Notes: generated by a model from the letters alone, not told the origin. A stretch of 64,000 nt of DNA from Bugula neritina (GCA_964035545.1 OZ037767.1:30210628-30274627); one strand, 5' to 3'; shown: positions 1 to 15,089, counted from the first letter of the stretch. Made by a program: numbers and translations.

Positions 1-335
1 TGACCTTTAGTGATGCCCAATTTAAGATCAAGTTGTCAGAAGTGAGACTGAAAGTCACAACACAAAGTGTTCCCAGTTCCAAGGCTATAACTAATAGGGA
101 AATGCTAATGAATTCACTAGCGATATGATATCAAATGCCAGTTATTTATGATTGTGTTACCAAAATAGTACAAGTTTATCAAATTAAAATTACTGAATAT
201 TTCAAGACCAAACAATGTGTGAATAACTGTGTATGTCACATACTGATGCAGCCATTGTATTTAAATCTACATAACTGGGAGAAACTACTGAACAGCTGTT
301 TGAATAGTTAATAGAGTGTGTAGAGAGAGCGCTTA

Positions 336-1125
336 TGCCCATGACACACTACAGTCGAAACTCGACTGTGGCGGCCATTTTGGAGCTGCTCGCGCATACC
401 TTCAACGTCACGTCCTACTTTTTGCTGGTCACACTACAGTTCACTACGAACGATGAAAGCTAACTGTCTCTAGTTTCGCAGTAAACTTTTAAACCAATAG
501 GAATGCCATAAACCAGTTTCTGCAGTATCCACAGTAACCAACAATTAAATTTAGCGCAATTTTTTTAGATTTACTAGCATAATTTAATAAGATTTTCTAG
601 TTATTTTTATTCTAATTTACTAGCTTCAATTATTCAAAATTACTAGCTTTATTTAATGATATTACTTAGCTTTATTCAAGCTCATTCACTAGCCTAAAGA
701 ACTAAATAGTACGCTAATAAAATTCAACCAAATTAGAAAAACTAAATATGCAGATAAAATTCAGCAAAATTTATCTAATGAATACTTATTTTCATGATTT
801 ATTGAAACTTTCATACATAACTTCATCATAATTATTTTAAAAGTAAATTAATATAATTTTCGAAGAACCAAATCAAATAATAATGCTGGCTAGTAGCACG
901 TGGAAAAAGTAAAAGCACTTAACCAATCAGGGTTTACCTGGCCAGTCAGTGATTGGCTGATCGCTCAACTTCAGCGATGACAGTTCAACATGTCGAACTT
1001 TCATCGCATCGCTAAAAACTGACAGTTGCGTTCAGAAATCAGACAGTTGTGACGTCACAGAGGTCAACGCTTAGCCTCGAAAACGCGTTCAAGATGGCCG
1101 TTTCGACTGTAGTGTGGCAGCCCCA
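336..1125. mobile_element. Non-autonomous PIF/Harbinger-like MITE (~790 bp)
   Basis: Imperfect TIRs: left TGCCCATGACACACTACAGTCGAAAC, right GTTTCGACTGTAGTGTGGCAGCCCCA, with a 17-bp perfect core CACACTACAGTCGAAAC. TTA on both flanks (333-335, 1126-1128). No ORF. A 3-bp TTA/TAA TSD is the PIF/Harbinger signature. Confidence 0.75.
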
Positions 1126-2388
1126 TTACAGAGAGTGGGGAGGGAGTGCGTACAGAGAGTGGGGAGGGAGTGGGGGGGGGGGGACATAGGGGGACTGTCA
1201 GTGTAACCTGTAGTCCCCTACTGTACAATACAAACTGTGAATTCTCCAGTACCAGACTGACTTACAACGGTGATATCAAAAAATAAAAACTAACTGCATT
1301 TTAATTACCTTTAAAGATTTGATTAATTATTATTATAGATAAGGTATTTCCGTAAAAGGCATAACTTTCATGTTCTATCAAATCACACTGGGTTACAGCT
1401 ACATTCTTGTATTTATAAACTTCAGGTCGAGTGATAATCTGTTTTTCTGCCTTAAACGAGGAGAAATTGTCACTGGATTGTAATTCTTTTCTGACTAGAA
1501 ATTATCTTTGTTAGCCAAAACATGGCCTGAAATTTGCATTTAGCTCTGTTTTGTAACAAACTGATAATTTAAATTTAAAAAAGATATCTCTGATTCAGTC
1601 ATGTTGGGTGATTGTATAAATGGTGGCACTTTGACAAATATCTGCTATTGAACTTGTTATGTCATATAATTGATAACATGACCACTTCTACGTGACGTAT
1701 TGTTGGCTATACATGAACTATGTACTGAAACCGGGATACTATTACAATACTCTCATTATAATCTTGTCAATCCTATATCATTGCTCTCCGGAAGGAAATG
1801 TAGTAAAGTGTTAGTAATAGTAGATTATAATAAATTAGCAATCAAAAGTCTAGTTTAACTTGAGTCACCACTGATAATATTTGTCATAGACTTAGAGTCA
1901 ATATTTGTAGTAGACTTAGAGTCAATATCTGTCATAGAAATCAGTGTATAATTTGATACTAGGTCACTACTCAATTTCACATTCAAACTTGAAGACTAAT
2001 ATATCAGCTCACAGGAAACCTGGCAATCATTCCAGGTGTGTCACAGTACTTTGTTGTGAGTGAACTGCTATGATTGGGTACAGTGTATTGAGGCTTTGCT
2101 CAAGTCATTGCAAGTCGCACTAAGTCGAGGAAATTACTGGTCACATGACCCAAGAGTTTTCCAAAGTGTTACTGATTTAATGCAGCCAGATGCAATGTAA
2201 CACATGGGCATATAATTCACACTACCTGCAAATATATTGTTATGCCTTGCTTAGGAGTGTAGAATGACTGTATGCTAGTTCAAAGAGCCACATACCTTCA
2301 AGTTACTTCAAGGAGTTTGAGGTGTTATTTATTGTGGAGCCTCTGGTTTGATGAATGATGTCTAACTATTCTGCTAATTAATTACAGA

Positions 2389-2576
2389 TCGTTGCCATGA
2401 CGACAAATGAAGAGAAGCCGAGTGAGAAGATGGTACAACTCCACTGGCTGCCGGAGGTACTCAGTCTACCCGACAGCTGGCATCGCCTCACCGACCCTGT
2501 CGCTGCCTCTCTCTCGAAGACTGTAAAGATATCCACCATACCAAGAAGCACCATGCTTGACCTCTATCACTACTGA
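2389..2576 (+). CDS. Probable terminal coding exon of an unidentified gene extending left of the window
   Basis: Acceptor ttacag| then an open GC-richer frame IVAMTTNEEKPSEKMVQLHWLPEVLSLPDSWHRLTDPVAASLSKTVKISTIPRSTMLDLYHY-TGA. A phase-compatible upstream exon end may lie at 1-41 (..TFSDAQFKIKLSE|gtgaga). Product not recognised. Confidence 0.45.
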
Positions 2577-4818
2577 CCTCTGTCACCACGACCTTCACCT
2601 GAACCATTGAACTAATCTCTAAGCTGTACAATCTGGTGACTGCATCTCAACACTGCTAGCATTGGTTCCTACCCTTGCCATTGTCTATCAACTAGCGGGG
2701 TGTTATCACTCTTTACAACTACTGCACCAAATATGATCTCAGTAGCTTAGGCTAAGTTATATAGTTTATCGAGATATTTATTTTAGGAATTTTCGACTAT
2801 TAAATTATTTGTTATAAAAATTGTTACAAACAGATTGTAGGCTATTGTATGGATTTACGGTTATTCATTTCCTAGAATTTAAGATATATACTAAACAATT
2901 ATATCAGGCATACAGGGGCATAGTTAGCGCCATCTGCTGGGAACTAATCTTGTCTTATCATCCGGCTAAGGTTAAACCTAGTGCTTTTGAAGGCATCATA
3001 ATTTATACGACCCTGCCTTACGTGATAATCCGTGCAGATTGCACTGTTCACTGAACTATAAAATACTTAGCATTTCGTCTTTCCAGTTGTCAGTGTGATT
3101 TCATCAAATGTATTTGTCAACATCATCACTGCGTCTGTAAAATATCCTTCCATTGAAAGAATTAGCAAATTTTCAACTATGTGCTCAAGAAATGTTCTTT
3201 CCCCAGCATTCCAAACAAAAGGGGATTCACCATCTTTTTAACATTTCCAAGAATATTGGTTATTGACTTTCTGATCAGTTGTGAAGTGAAATTAGAGCTC
3301 CTTCCAGTATTTAGAGGTCAATTAGGAAAGCTAGCCTCTATGGGCACAGCTGTTGGCCAGAACTCCTGCTATTTCTACTATTCTTTCCTACTACAGAAGT
3401 TCACGAATAACTAGCTTCACCTGGAAAAACTATGTTAATTAAATTGACCCTGAATGCCTGTCTGATTTCACCTCATGTAGCATTGAGGTAGGGCTCTTCT
3501 CTTCACTTCATAAGTCTGGTAAATTACTAGCTATAACAGACTGTACTCAAAGTCAGTAATGTCATTCACTGACCAAATGATTTACTGCTCAACTGGCCTG
3601 ATTTTACACCATCTTGCATTATTATATTATGTTTTATGGTGCCCAATTCTACGACCAACAATACACCAACCTTTACTGCAGGTACTTTCCATCTTGTAGG
3701 TAGATTTTTCAAGTTTTAGTATATTTTATTAAATCTGTAAATAGGATTTACGTTATTTCTAAGACTTAGTATAACCCAGTCTATTCATTTTTAGAGACTA
3801 TGTTTGAGAACTTGGAGATCGTAGTATTAGATATATAACATATGATGACCTTTAGTTCGTGTCATGTACAAAGCGTAGTTGTATAGCACCATCTATTATT
3901 CATGTAGAATAATTTAGTAAAGGATGCATGTCCGGATTTTAGTTTAGTTTTACTCTCTGTGACGGGAGACACTAAAAGAAACTTATGTATTATCTCCCCC
4001 TTGTCCAACAGGTGTTACTTTATTATACAGTGTTGACAGCATTGCTGTATTGGTATTTCATAGGAATTGTGCTGCTGCATGAGTGCAGTTTTCCATCTCC
4101 TATTACTATAAAGGGATGGCAACTCCTGCGTGTAATATTGTGTCACCAGTTCTATCCTAAGTGTAGTAATGCTGTGAGCGTTTATCAATACAGATTTCAT
4201 GCATGATGTTAGCTTTTTTTGCATTTTCTCTTTATTTTATTAACAGCCAAGTTTTTCTTGACCTCATTTGATGTATTTGACCACCTGGTCCACAATTTGA
4301 TAGGTACAATCCATTTCTTGTAAATTTCTCCTGTTACTCATTACTGTTTGTGCAACTTTTTATTTCTTGTCAAATATTTTACCGTGAAATATTACTTCAC
4401 TTTTATCCTTCTCTGTGTTTTCATATGTATGTAGTAGTGGTTGCTATTGATTTATTTGGCAATAAACTTTTATTTCTGTGAAAGGGTAAAAATTTATAAA
4501 TTTAATGCAGAAATAAAAATATATTGTTATATATCCCATCAAACCTACACAAATCTAAAATAAATAACAAATGTCAAGTTATTTACAAAAATTAACTGCC
4601 AAAAATATTTTAATTACTAAAAAATTGCTTGGCAAAGGAAATTAGTTACAGTTCATCTCATTGAGAATATGTATCAACATAGCACAACTAGATAACTTCT
4701 GCCCATCAAGGACTGTGTAGCAATAACTATCAGTTTACTTTATCAACTCTCAACATGCAAGCCTCTTCATTTCCTGTTGTGGTTAAAGTATTGCTGCAGC
4801 TAATACACACTGAGTGAC

Positions 4819-7800
4819 TCAGTCATCGTAAGTGGACGTGCTTTGCAGACGTTCTCCAGCCGACAGCGGATGGTCATTCCTTGGCATACTCTGCTTTCGA
4901 ACTGCTTGGTCAGCTGTGTTGACAGGTGCGTCAGTTCTTGCGCCATTTTCTCTGTCGTTCCGTATTGACATATATCTCTGTAGCAGCTGATTCGGGTTGT
5001 GAATGCTTTGCCCGACGTCAAACAGGTTTATAACCGACATTTTCTATAATTATTTATTGCAAAATAATGAAACAATAGCAAAATTTACATTCAATATGTT
5101 GAAAATATGTCATAAAGATGTGTAAGGCTATAAACCTTTTTGGACAACACTTGATAGATATAATATGTGTAGTAAAGATTCCACACACTTTTAATCAAAC
5201 CAAAAAGGTATTTTAAAGCAAAGCTGAGATTGTTGAAAGATCACAGGCTACTAAGGAAAGAGCACAGGCTACTAAAGAAAGAGCACAGGCTACTAAAGAA
5301 AGAGCACAGGCTACTAAAGAAAGAATACAGGCTACTAAAGAAAGAGCACAGGCTACTAAAGAAAGAACACAGGCTACTAAAGAAAGATCACAGGCTACTA
5401 AGGAAAGAGCACAGGCTACTAATGGAAGAGCACAGGCTATTAATGGAAGAGTACAGGCTACTAAAGAAAGAGCACAGGCTACTAAGGAAAGAGCAAATAC
5501 TACTAGTGAAAGAACACAGGCTACTAGTGAAAGAGCACAGGCTACTCACATGCTTCAAGGGAGGTAAACTCATCATGGACGGAGGCTGAGTGAGACGGAG
5601 TCCTGTCGTACCAGTCGGGTGGAAGTACTGGAACACTCTTGGGTTATACACGTTGTTTCCTGTGTTACGGTTGTACAAGGATGGGAGAGTGACATCTGTA
5701 AACAAGCACCCACCTTTAAGTGTCAAGCACTTGTCAGGAATATTCAGTAGTACACAAATGTTATAACAACGGCACTTGCACTTTAGCACAGGAGCCAAAG
5801 TCCAATTTATATAGTAATGTTACAGTTATATAATAATATATTGTAATTTATATAAGAATTTTACAAGTTATATAATAATATGACATTAACTTATATAATA
5901 ATATTATGATTCATATAATAATATTATAATTTATACAACTTGTATCATCAGACACTCAGAGTATCATCAGTTGAAAGTTGATATAGACTGAGAACATTAA
6001 TGGATTTAGCCACAGGTAGTAGGAAACAGGCTAGAGATGAAATAGCAGGTTGTTCACCCTTGACTCTCAACTTCAATTACCTTTTAAGAAACTGCATTTA
6101 TGAACTTTTAAATGTTTAAAATATTTAATTATTCTTCAATAACTTCTTCTAATCTTGACAAATGAATACTAAACATAATTAATCTTTCCAAAACACCAGG
6201 TCCATTTTCTTTCATGTCTTTATTATTAACTCATATATCAAACTTTCAACCATGAACCAAGCTATTTGATTTCCAGCATCCATTTCTGCCTACTTATAGA
6301 ACCCATAGAGCAAACCCCTTGGAATCAAGACTATCAGAGTAGTCTGTGTGCAGCAGCTAATAATAGCCAATATTCAATAAACTATCTAACCTTTGAGGGC
6401 GTCAACTACATCCCCTTGTTCACCCCTGAAAGCTTTGTGCTGGAAGGCTAACTTTTTCTCTATATTTTCACTTTCCTCCCTCTTCTGATGTTCAATTATA
6501 GCTCTTCGGTTTGCCTCCGACTCTTCTTTGAACATCTCCAGTCTCTCGAAGAACTGGTAAAGCAAACGGACATAATTAATTTCTGTAAATGATGAACCTC
6601 AATATTTTCTTCGTCTTATTGATAATGCAGCACTTCCCACTGCTATGTTAATGACCAACCATTGTCAAATCTGAGACGTGAGCATCCCATTATGAAAGAG
6701 AAAATGCTCATATTTCATCTCATTAAAATTACCCTTCTTTAGTCATTACATAATTCTTTTATTCATGGGGAGACTAAATATTAAATATTCAATCATATAT
6801 TGTTTAGTTCATCTTGAGTTTCATAATCACAACTAAATTAAGGAACTTTTAAATTAAATTCTAATACAAATTGCAAGCCTATGAGTACTAAATGGGAGAA
6901 TGGCTCCGGGATTAATCAGGCCATTTGGTGGTCTGGTGTGAAATTCCCCCATTTCACTAGAGACCACAGTAGCATATGACATCATGCATAAGTAGCTCTA
7001 GCAATATTTATGTTTTAATAGGCATTTCTCTCTCCCTCCCTCTCTCTCTCCCTCCCTCCCTCTCTCTCTCTCTCTCCCTCTCCCTCCCCCTCCCCCTTTC
7101 CCTCTCTCTCTCTCCCTCCCTCTCTCCCTCCATCATCTAAACCTCAACCACCAGAGGTTACCGGCCTAATTTCTCTCCTTTACTTTTCAATTGCTTTCAG
7201 AGCTTACTAATTTCAAACTTAATTTAACTAAACAATAGTCAGCAAGCAACAAAATTGAAATTTTACTATAATAACTGATCACTAGACTTAATTCCTACTG
7301 CATGATGAAAATATCAAAATATAGAAGTTACCTCCTCTCTAACACTAATTTTCAAAGCCCAATACTTTCTGAATGCATCAATGATTCAAAAACTTGCAAA
7401 TTTTCAAAAACCTACAGTATTATTTCAGGACATGAAAACTTATCAACGCTTTCGCATTAAAAGAACTTAGACTAAAGTTTTACTACGCACCACGGCTAGC
7501 TGGAATATTTAGAGCACATACTATGTAACTAATAAGTACTTAGCATTGCACTTCCACCTTGGATCCTTTTAGCTGTGTCATAAGGTGTTACATATTTACC
7601 CAACCTAATTACTGCATTATAAAAATAGGATCTAAATCATTCAAACAGGTGCTAGTGATATGCTGTTTACAACTTAATAATGTTTGCATAAGACAGGCTA
7701 CAAAACATTAACAACCTACATCATCTGGTAGACTTTCCCCCCACTTTGGAAGCTTTTGGTTTGGAGGTATTTTCTTCTGTTCTTTCTTTTCTCTAAAAAC

Positions 7801-10800
7801 AAAAACAAAACCCTCAGGCCAAACATAGCATCTTTCAGCTGACTGGAGCAATTATCTGCTGTTTCATGAAGGAGAAGCCTACTTTTTAAAGGTGAAGGAG
7901 CTTTTCTTTGACCCGTCTTGAACATGAACTGCAGGGGGATCAGCGAGTCCAACTTTAGCTCTTTTTTCCAGAGCTTCATGCAGTCTCTCAATCTCCAGCT
8001 GCATGGCCATAATTTTCTGTCTGCAGGTTGGAAAATTATATACAAAACATAACCCATTATATACCATATAGGTAATATAGAGTATAGAATATATAACACA
8101 TAATATACCATATAGGTAATATAGAGTATAGAATATATAACACATAATATAGAGTGGTGTAGAGGTAATATAGAGTATAGAACATATAACACATAATATA
8201 GAGTATATATGTAATGTGGATTATAGAATGTAAATTGTAGAGCATGAAGTACAAAAGATAGAGTATAGAATGAATATATAATGTAGAGCATATAGAGTAT
8301 AGAATACAGAGTGTTGATAGGGTATAGGATGTGGAATGTAGAATATAGAGTATATAATGTATAATATAGAATATAGAGCATAGAATGTGCACTATACAGT
8401 GTAGAGTGTAGAATGTATAGAGTATAGAATGTAAAGTATAGAGTGTAGAGTATAAAGTGTAGAGTATAGAGTGTAGAGGGTAGAGTATAGAGTGTAGAGT
8501 ATAAAGTGTAGAGTATAGAGTATAGAGTGTAGAGTATAGAGTGTAGAGTATAGAGTGTAGAGGGTAGAGTATAGAGTGTAGAGTATAGAGTGTAGAGGGT
8601 AGAGTATAGAGTGTAGAGTATGGAGCGTAGAGTATAGAGCGTAGAGTATAGAGTGTAGAGTATAGAGTGTAGAGTATAGAGTGTAGAGTATAGAGTGTAG
8701 AGTGTAGAGTATAGTGTAGAGTATAGAGTGTAGAGTGTAGAGTATAGAGTGTAGAGTGTAGAGTATAGAGTGTAGAGTATAGAGTGTAGAGTGTAGAGTA
8801 TAGAGTGTAGAGTATAGAGTATATTAAGCAGGAACTGTATGTACGCCAAGCAGACATATCTATACATTCACTTTTGAAACCAGAGTTTTCCCCACACATG
8901 TTACGATGCACAATGACACACTCAATGGTGTACAGAAATACTACTTCTATTGTAAAACTCTAGTTTATTTAGCCACTAAAAATACAGCAGTTATGATCAT
9001 AAAGTTTTAGTTGCAGAGGCATTTGATACAGTAATAAAGTTCTGGGGAGGGCAGAATTATAATGAATAGTGCATTAATCTTACAACCTATCATGTCACAA
9101 CCCAACGCAGTCTGTATGAACACTCATGTATCGCAACTATAAACCGTGACAAATTGCAAAAGATTGCAAATGTGCATCGGATTAACTATTGAGTGCTTAT
9201 TTAAATATGTACTTCCGAAATCTTTTCCTAAGTTATTCTGTCTTGTACCGCAAGGCTTTATAGATAAGAGATACTTAGTGTATATCTCATGTATGCACCT
9301 ACTCGTAGCTTTGCTGCATCACGTCCATATCTCTTTGATGGCTGTCTAATATAGCCTCCAGTTCTTCAGCTGGTATGGCTTCTTCATTATCAGTAGAGTG
9401 ACGAGACGGGGTGGGCGTGCCCCGCACCGTCATAGGACTATGTGCAATGTCTCGGGTTTCAGGAAACAGAGACTCTTTGGTGTGTTCGGTAATATCTACT
9501 CCAATCTCATCAATGATTAAATCTCTGAGAGTCCCAGTTCCTGTAGAACAGAGCACAATGAGTTTTAATAAGCTGTAGTGCAGGTTCAAGAAGGTTGATG
9601 TGGACTCCAAATATTAAGTCCGAACTTAAAACGGTTCTACTGGAAATCACAGGCTATTTCTGTTTAGGTTACACATTGAGGTTGGAGTTGCCAACCCCCA
9701 TAACAGTGCTATTTTAACTTGTGATGAAACCCAACGTAACGAGTTTTTATTGCACAGTCTATGTATTCATTGAGGGTAGAAAAACACTAAACTGCATTCA
9801 CAGCAAGTAAAGGACGTGCTAGTGTTGAAAAACATTTCATTATTCAGATATTGCAAACATCAACAGGTTTTTATAAACTGATGGGAGAAGCAAAACGATG
9901 ACACATCATTGCATTGCACGAGAACATAACTCTGACAATATCAACTCAACTTCATAACTTCCCTTACAGTATTACAAGTTGTTTTGTCACATATGAACAT
10001 TCTGTTTCAATTCTCGATATCAAGTGAAAAACCTCTTCAACAGCCAATCAGTAAGTTGCTTTATATCATCATAATATTACTTACGGGTTGATTTATTATA
10101 TAACATAATTATATATACTCGATGTAACAATTGTCTCACCAATGGCTCTGTTTAGCATTTTAGGTTTGTATATCTTCCGGTAGTAAAAGAAGAGAGGGAC
10201 AGAGCCAATAGCCTGTGGTTCAGAGCCAGCCAGACCCCCGCCCAGTGGGTAGATTGGAAAGGCAACAGGAAGAGGCTCGGCTAACTGTAACTCGGCGTCT
10301 ACCACTGCATTAGCTGTGTACATAATACTGTCTTGGAGAGAGAGGTCATATTGGCCGTGGGAGTCCGGCAACTCTATAATCTCAGGCATTTCCTACACAC
10401 GAATGTAGACAATGCAATTTATTATCAATTTTTTATCTGTCAACTCAGATAAATTACTGCTGAGATAAAAGATTGTGTATGAAATATAGTAAGAATTTAT
10501 TGTGTGTACAATTTGTTAACCGTGTTGGATGTTTTAAGCTAGACGTTTGCAGTATATATGTTTAAGAAAAATCGTTATTTTTTATCAAAACCTTAAAATA
10601 TTGTATACATTTCGTAGCTAGTCACTATTGCTACATGCATGTATAGGCTTGCTTTCCTTGCAAGAAATATTAACTATTTTTTCCTGTGTTTTCACAGTCA
10701 AAATGCAATTCTGCTGGAGGACTTATCAAAGGTTGTATATACTTACACATCCTTCAATATCCTCAACCTCTACAGTAGTCATACCAATGATCTCCTCATC

Positions 10801-13800
10801 TTCTCCCACGTGTACTGTAACTGTGAGAGGCTCAAGGGTAGGGGGTATTTCTCTAAGCCCCGCATATTTTACTGGCAATTTAAACCTCAATTCCGAGTAT
10901 CTAAAGTAGTTTAGTAGATTAATATTAGCTTCTTATTTTTTCTTTACGAAAAAATTCAGTAGTGGAGAAATTCAAATAGCCCAAGTTGTATTCTCATGAG
11001 AACATAACTTCTTATGCTACATTTCTAATCTAGAACACAGGCTTTTCTCAATTTCTCCACTCCCTCAAAATCAGTAGTACGGTTTAACGTTTCAACATCA
11101 AACGCTTTCAAAATAAACTGATTGAAACTAAATTATTCACATTCAATTAACAATTAAGACATGCAAATAACAAAATGAAATAGTCACAATTTCTTATTAA
11201 CAAATATTTGCAAATAAAGGAAGCATGAAGCAAATGCTGAACAAAGAGGTGATAAAATGACAAATAAGCAAAGCAGTTTGTAGCAAGGAATGGTGTAATA
11301 TAAAGAGAGTGAGTGTAAAGTGAATAAATATTAATTATAAGAGTGGTTAGTACCTGCAAGACTAGAGCACTGAGGCTACAAGAAGTTAAAAACAATTAAA
11401 ATACTTGACATACACTTCATCACTGATCTCTCCAGTGAAACTAAAACATTTCAGGAGTTTGTAAGTTGTCTTCTCTTTTGAAAACATTGATGTGATGCAT
11501 TAATTTGGTGTAGTAGCTTGTAAATATAGTGTTAGGCTACAACTTAATGGGCACTACCACCAGAGTAAACCACAATAGTTTTTAGATACTACTAAAAATA
11601 CTTCGGCTGATGCATCTAAATTACAACTTTCACATTACATAGCCATGGGTACGAACTAATTGCTGATTCTAAAAGCACAAATTTCAAGTCACAGACTAAA
11701 GAAAATGCTAACAAAAAATTCTCAATTGTGGAATAGTAGTTGCAGAAGTTAGACAACTCCAAGCCTTTAAGAATCACAATGATTGGGTCAGTCAAAATAA
11801 TTGGTTTTGTTTTTAATAAATTTCAACTGTTTAGATCACTGGCTTAGGAACTCGTGTGCTTCTTACTGAGCAGCCGCAACAATTATATATTACTTTCTTT
11901 TGCAATAAAAACTTAAACAGTTTGACATTTAGTAGCCAAGTTTCACATTTTTCAAAATAGTTGCAAAATTTCTGCACATAACCAACATGGCTGCTCCAAG
12001 TTGAGTATGAAGAGTGATTCCGTAGAGCGAGAAGAATTTTAGCTTACTTGACAGGTTGAGGAATCTCAGGTTCAGGGGGAGGTGGTGGAGCACCCTTCCT
12101 TTTAGGACCTTTGGGCTTAGGTGGTGGTGCATCAGCAAGCTGTTTTGCAATCTAACCATACACAAATATATTGTAAAAACAATTACCACTCAAAATACAT
12201 AAATAAAGTAAATAAAAGTGATGAATATAAATAATAACTACACTACTTCATTTTCTTTACCCTTTCATTGGTAATTTAAAATTTTTATTAAAAGGAGCAA
12301 TAACTTTTTTAAAATCTATAATAATAAACAAGTAGAATTCAAGAAAAACAACTCCCAATATTTGACATAGGTCGATGTTGCTGTACCTCTTCGTCAGTAA
12401 AGTCCAGCCGAGATGTCTTTTCATATTGAGCACCGTGAGTTATGGAACATTTGACATGGCGGCCTTCTATGCCTTTTGGACAGAAACATCTTACAAACAG
12501 TATGACATCATACTGGGGTGGGTGTGTAGTCACCCCAACCTCTGCTACTTCTGGCTTTGGTGGTTCCACAACTACTGGGACTGCCTAACACATAAAAATT
12601 ATGGTTTCTCAAATCAGTTGTCTAAAGGATTAGGACCTCCATCTTTTACTAAAGGGTTTACAAGAAATATTTTATAAATTTGAAGTATAAAATAATATTA
12701 AAGAAAAAGTAAACATTTTCACATGAATCTAGAAGACTACTGCCTTTCATACAAACTATGCACGTTATAAAGATACAAAATTGGCACATATCCAAAACAT
12801 GAAAACAACTTGTACATAAAGGAATGCATACGGGAGGAACGGAAAATCCTGATTGGAGAGTTTCAGGGCCAAGAGATTCTTCTGAGTCGGACCCGTCTGA
12901 GAAATGCTCTCCGCCACTCTGCAAGTTGTAAACTAATCAGTTTTAAAGTTCCAATTGATTTAAAAAACCACAGTATAAGTTTGTAATGAATCTTTAGTCA
13001 TTAGCACAGAGTAGTTGGAATGTCACACATCTAATTGAAAATGCCTTTTTCAAAATGGCCGAATATGCAAGATAAAACTACACATGACTCATTTTGATTA
13101 TTAAAAGAGATAGTAAATATTATTTATAATACTAGACTTCTATACTGTCTATAATTCTTAAGATGGAAAAGCAAGTAGAGATTTATTTCAATTGAAAGAA
13201 TGACTCATACCTCTTCTGCTCCGTTGCTTCCTTCTTCAACTTCCTCTACAATCGGATCCATTTGAGGTGCAACTGATTCTGTCCTCAGCTCCATTTCTGC
13301 AAAGGGCTCATGGATACCTTTTTCTATCTGATCAACATAGTGTACAAGTACATCGTACCTACAACATGTACATTTTAGCAGTTTGTAGGTACTTAAGTAA
13401 AAATATGATTATTACATTAGTTACTAAAACAAAGTGACAAAATTACCCTTGCTTAGCTCTGTCTTTTAATTCCTCTATTGTGTACTTCCACCTTCTACCA
13501 TGACCTTTGACACTGGTAACTTTGCAATATAGTTTCTCCCAGTTGAGAAGTCGTCTTTCTTTGGCAATCTTCTTAGCCTACAACAAACATGTATGCAGGA
13601 AAATATATACAACTTTTTACTATTTTTGTTATTTGCCAACCTTCAGTTTGTGGTACAATATTTCTCAATAATCTAGATAGATGTTTGATAAAATTTCTAT
13701 TAATAAATGCATAATAATTGTCATAGTTGTTTTTGTGTGTGCTGGTATATCACCTACACATACTATAAAATTTTAAAGCTTTTGAAAAGTTTATACTTCT

Positions 13801-14512
13801 TTGAAATACTTCTACAATCAAGTGTAACTTTAAATCTTTACCATTGCATCAAGCAGAGTCAACCTTCTAACAGCTACATCCAATTGTCTGTTCTTAATAT
13901 GAAAATCTTCATGCAACTTTTTGAGAGCTGCTGATTTTTCTTCCCATGGAGTTGAAAAAATTCTGACCAATCTAATGAGTTCTTGTACGGGCTCATTAAG
14001 ATCCGTGATACTAAAAATTAGAAAATGAAATTGATTATTGAAAAGATAATTTACTGACAATACATTCAAACGAATGTAGTAATAAGAATAATTCATAGTG
14101 CCAAACCTTCTAAAAAGTTTTGAGCTAGTGATGGAGAGGGTCAAAAGCACAGAAGGAGGTAATGTATGTTCCAGCAAAGTGTCTTTCACTGACATGAAAT
14201 TATTCATTGATTCATGCAGTAAAGATGTACTGTTAAGAACACCATCACACAAAACAAGGAATTTATTAGGATCTTCAGCTGCAACTTCAGTAATATCTTC
14301 TTCACTTGATTCATCATCCATGTAACTTTCATCAAATGTTGCAGTTCCTGCTGGAATTTCATCTACAAGTGCAAAATTCTTTGTTATTATCAAAATAACA
14401 AGAATGACTTTCAAATCATCAACACAGCTTCAAGCCTTAATGGTAAATTGTAGTTATTACAGCAAACTAAAATCTAGTAATAATCAGCTAAAACAATTAC
14501 ATTTTCACCCAT
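4819..14512 (-). CDS. Multi-exon uncharacterised protein with N-terminal coiled-coil and a C2-like beta region
   Basis: GT-AG-bounded coding exons at about 14107-14362, 13828-14009, 13448-13577, 13212-13357, 12040-12150, 12370-12583, 10747-10900, 10140-10392, 9304-9540, 7718-8020, 5550-5696, 4819-5043. Peptides include LIRLVRIFSTPWEEKSAALKKLHEDF, KERRLLNWEKLYCKVTSVKGHGRRWKY, YDVILFVRCFCPKGIEGRHVKCSITHG, YNPRVFQYFHPTG. Start (ATG G|gtgaaa at 14512) and the C2 call are tentative; not all phases checked. Confidence 0.7.
5236..5546. repeat. 21-bp minisatellite (AAAGAGCACAGGCTACTAAAG), ~15 copies, intronic
   Basis: Visible tandem array; runs up to the minus-strand donor GTGAGT at 5549. Confidence 0.95.
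7025..7131. repeat. CT-rich microsatellite
   Basis: Near-pure (CT/CCCT)n tract. Confidence 0.9.
8060..8822. repeat. 7-bp satellite (TAGAGTG/TAGAGTA), degenerate at left and homogeneous at right
   Basis: Visible tandem array next to the minus-strand acceptor at 8021-8022; source of the spurious YTLYSTL ORFs. Confidence 0.95.
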
Positions 14513-15089
14513 TTTATTTGATCGAGAGATGTTTGGTACTAATAATTTCAGCCATCTTTTCAGTATTAAATGTAATCACATTTTAACAAATTACATAAAT
14601 AATCTTTTATTGAAAAAATAATTGCATTCAATAATCATAATTTCAATCACAACTCCTATAATTATTATACAGTTTTAGTTGAATAAATCATTATTATAAT
14701 TTTTTTAACTTATAAAAAGTCAAAATGATTGACCAACAAGTTTAGGCCAAACTATATTAGGTTAATCAGCTGCAATTAATATTAAAAAATTGAAGTTTTA
14801 CTAGTACTAGTATTACTGGTATTAGTAGAACTATGAGTACTAGTACTAGTAGTAATAGTGGTAGACTACTACTACTTATCTACTAGTACTACTAGTACTG
14901 TATTAGTTTAATTAGCTGAAAGGTTGAATTTTTATATCTTACCTAAACCTTCCATCACGAATTTTTATTTATTATTAGTTTTGATTTTACTATTTATATT
15001 TTTAATATTTAGTTCTTATGTCATAATAGTAACTGTGAAAATCCTGTAAGGTATAACAATCTTTTTTACATTTATTGTCAATAGTATGC

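Noticed and set aside
2821-4224. Short 69-77-aa ORFs
   Set aside because: AT-rich, non-ATG or composition-driven; likely 3'UTR or intergenic between convergent genes.
5230-5589. LLKKEHR heptad coiled-coil-like ORF
   Set aside because: Translation of a 21-bp intronic minisatellite antisense to the host gene.
8400-8822. Interstitial telomere-like repeat
   Set aside because: TAGAGTG/TAGAGTA does not match TTAGGG/TTAGG-type telomeric units.
7716-8911. 383-aa and 284-aa YTLYSTL-repeat ORFs
   Set aside because: Translations of a 7-bp intronic satellite; only the ~7718-8020 part overlaps a real exon, read in another frame.
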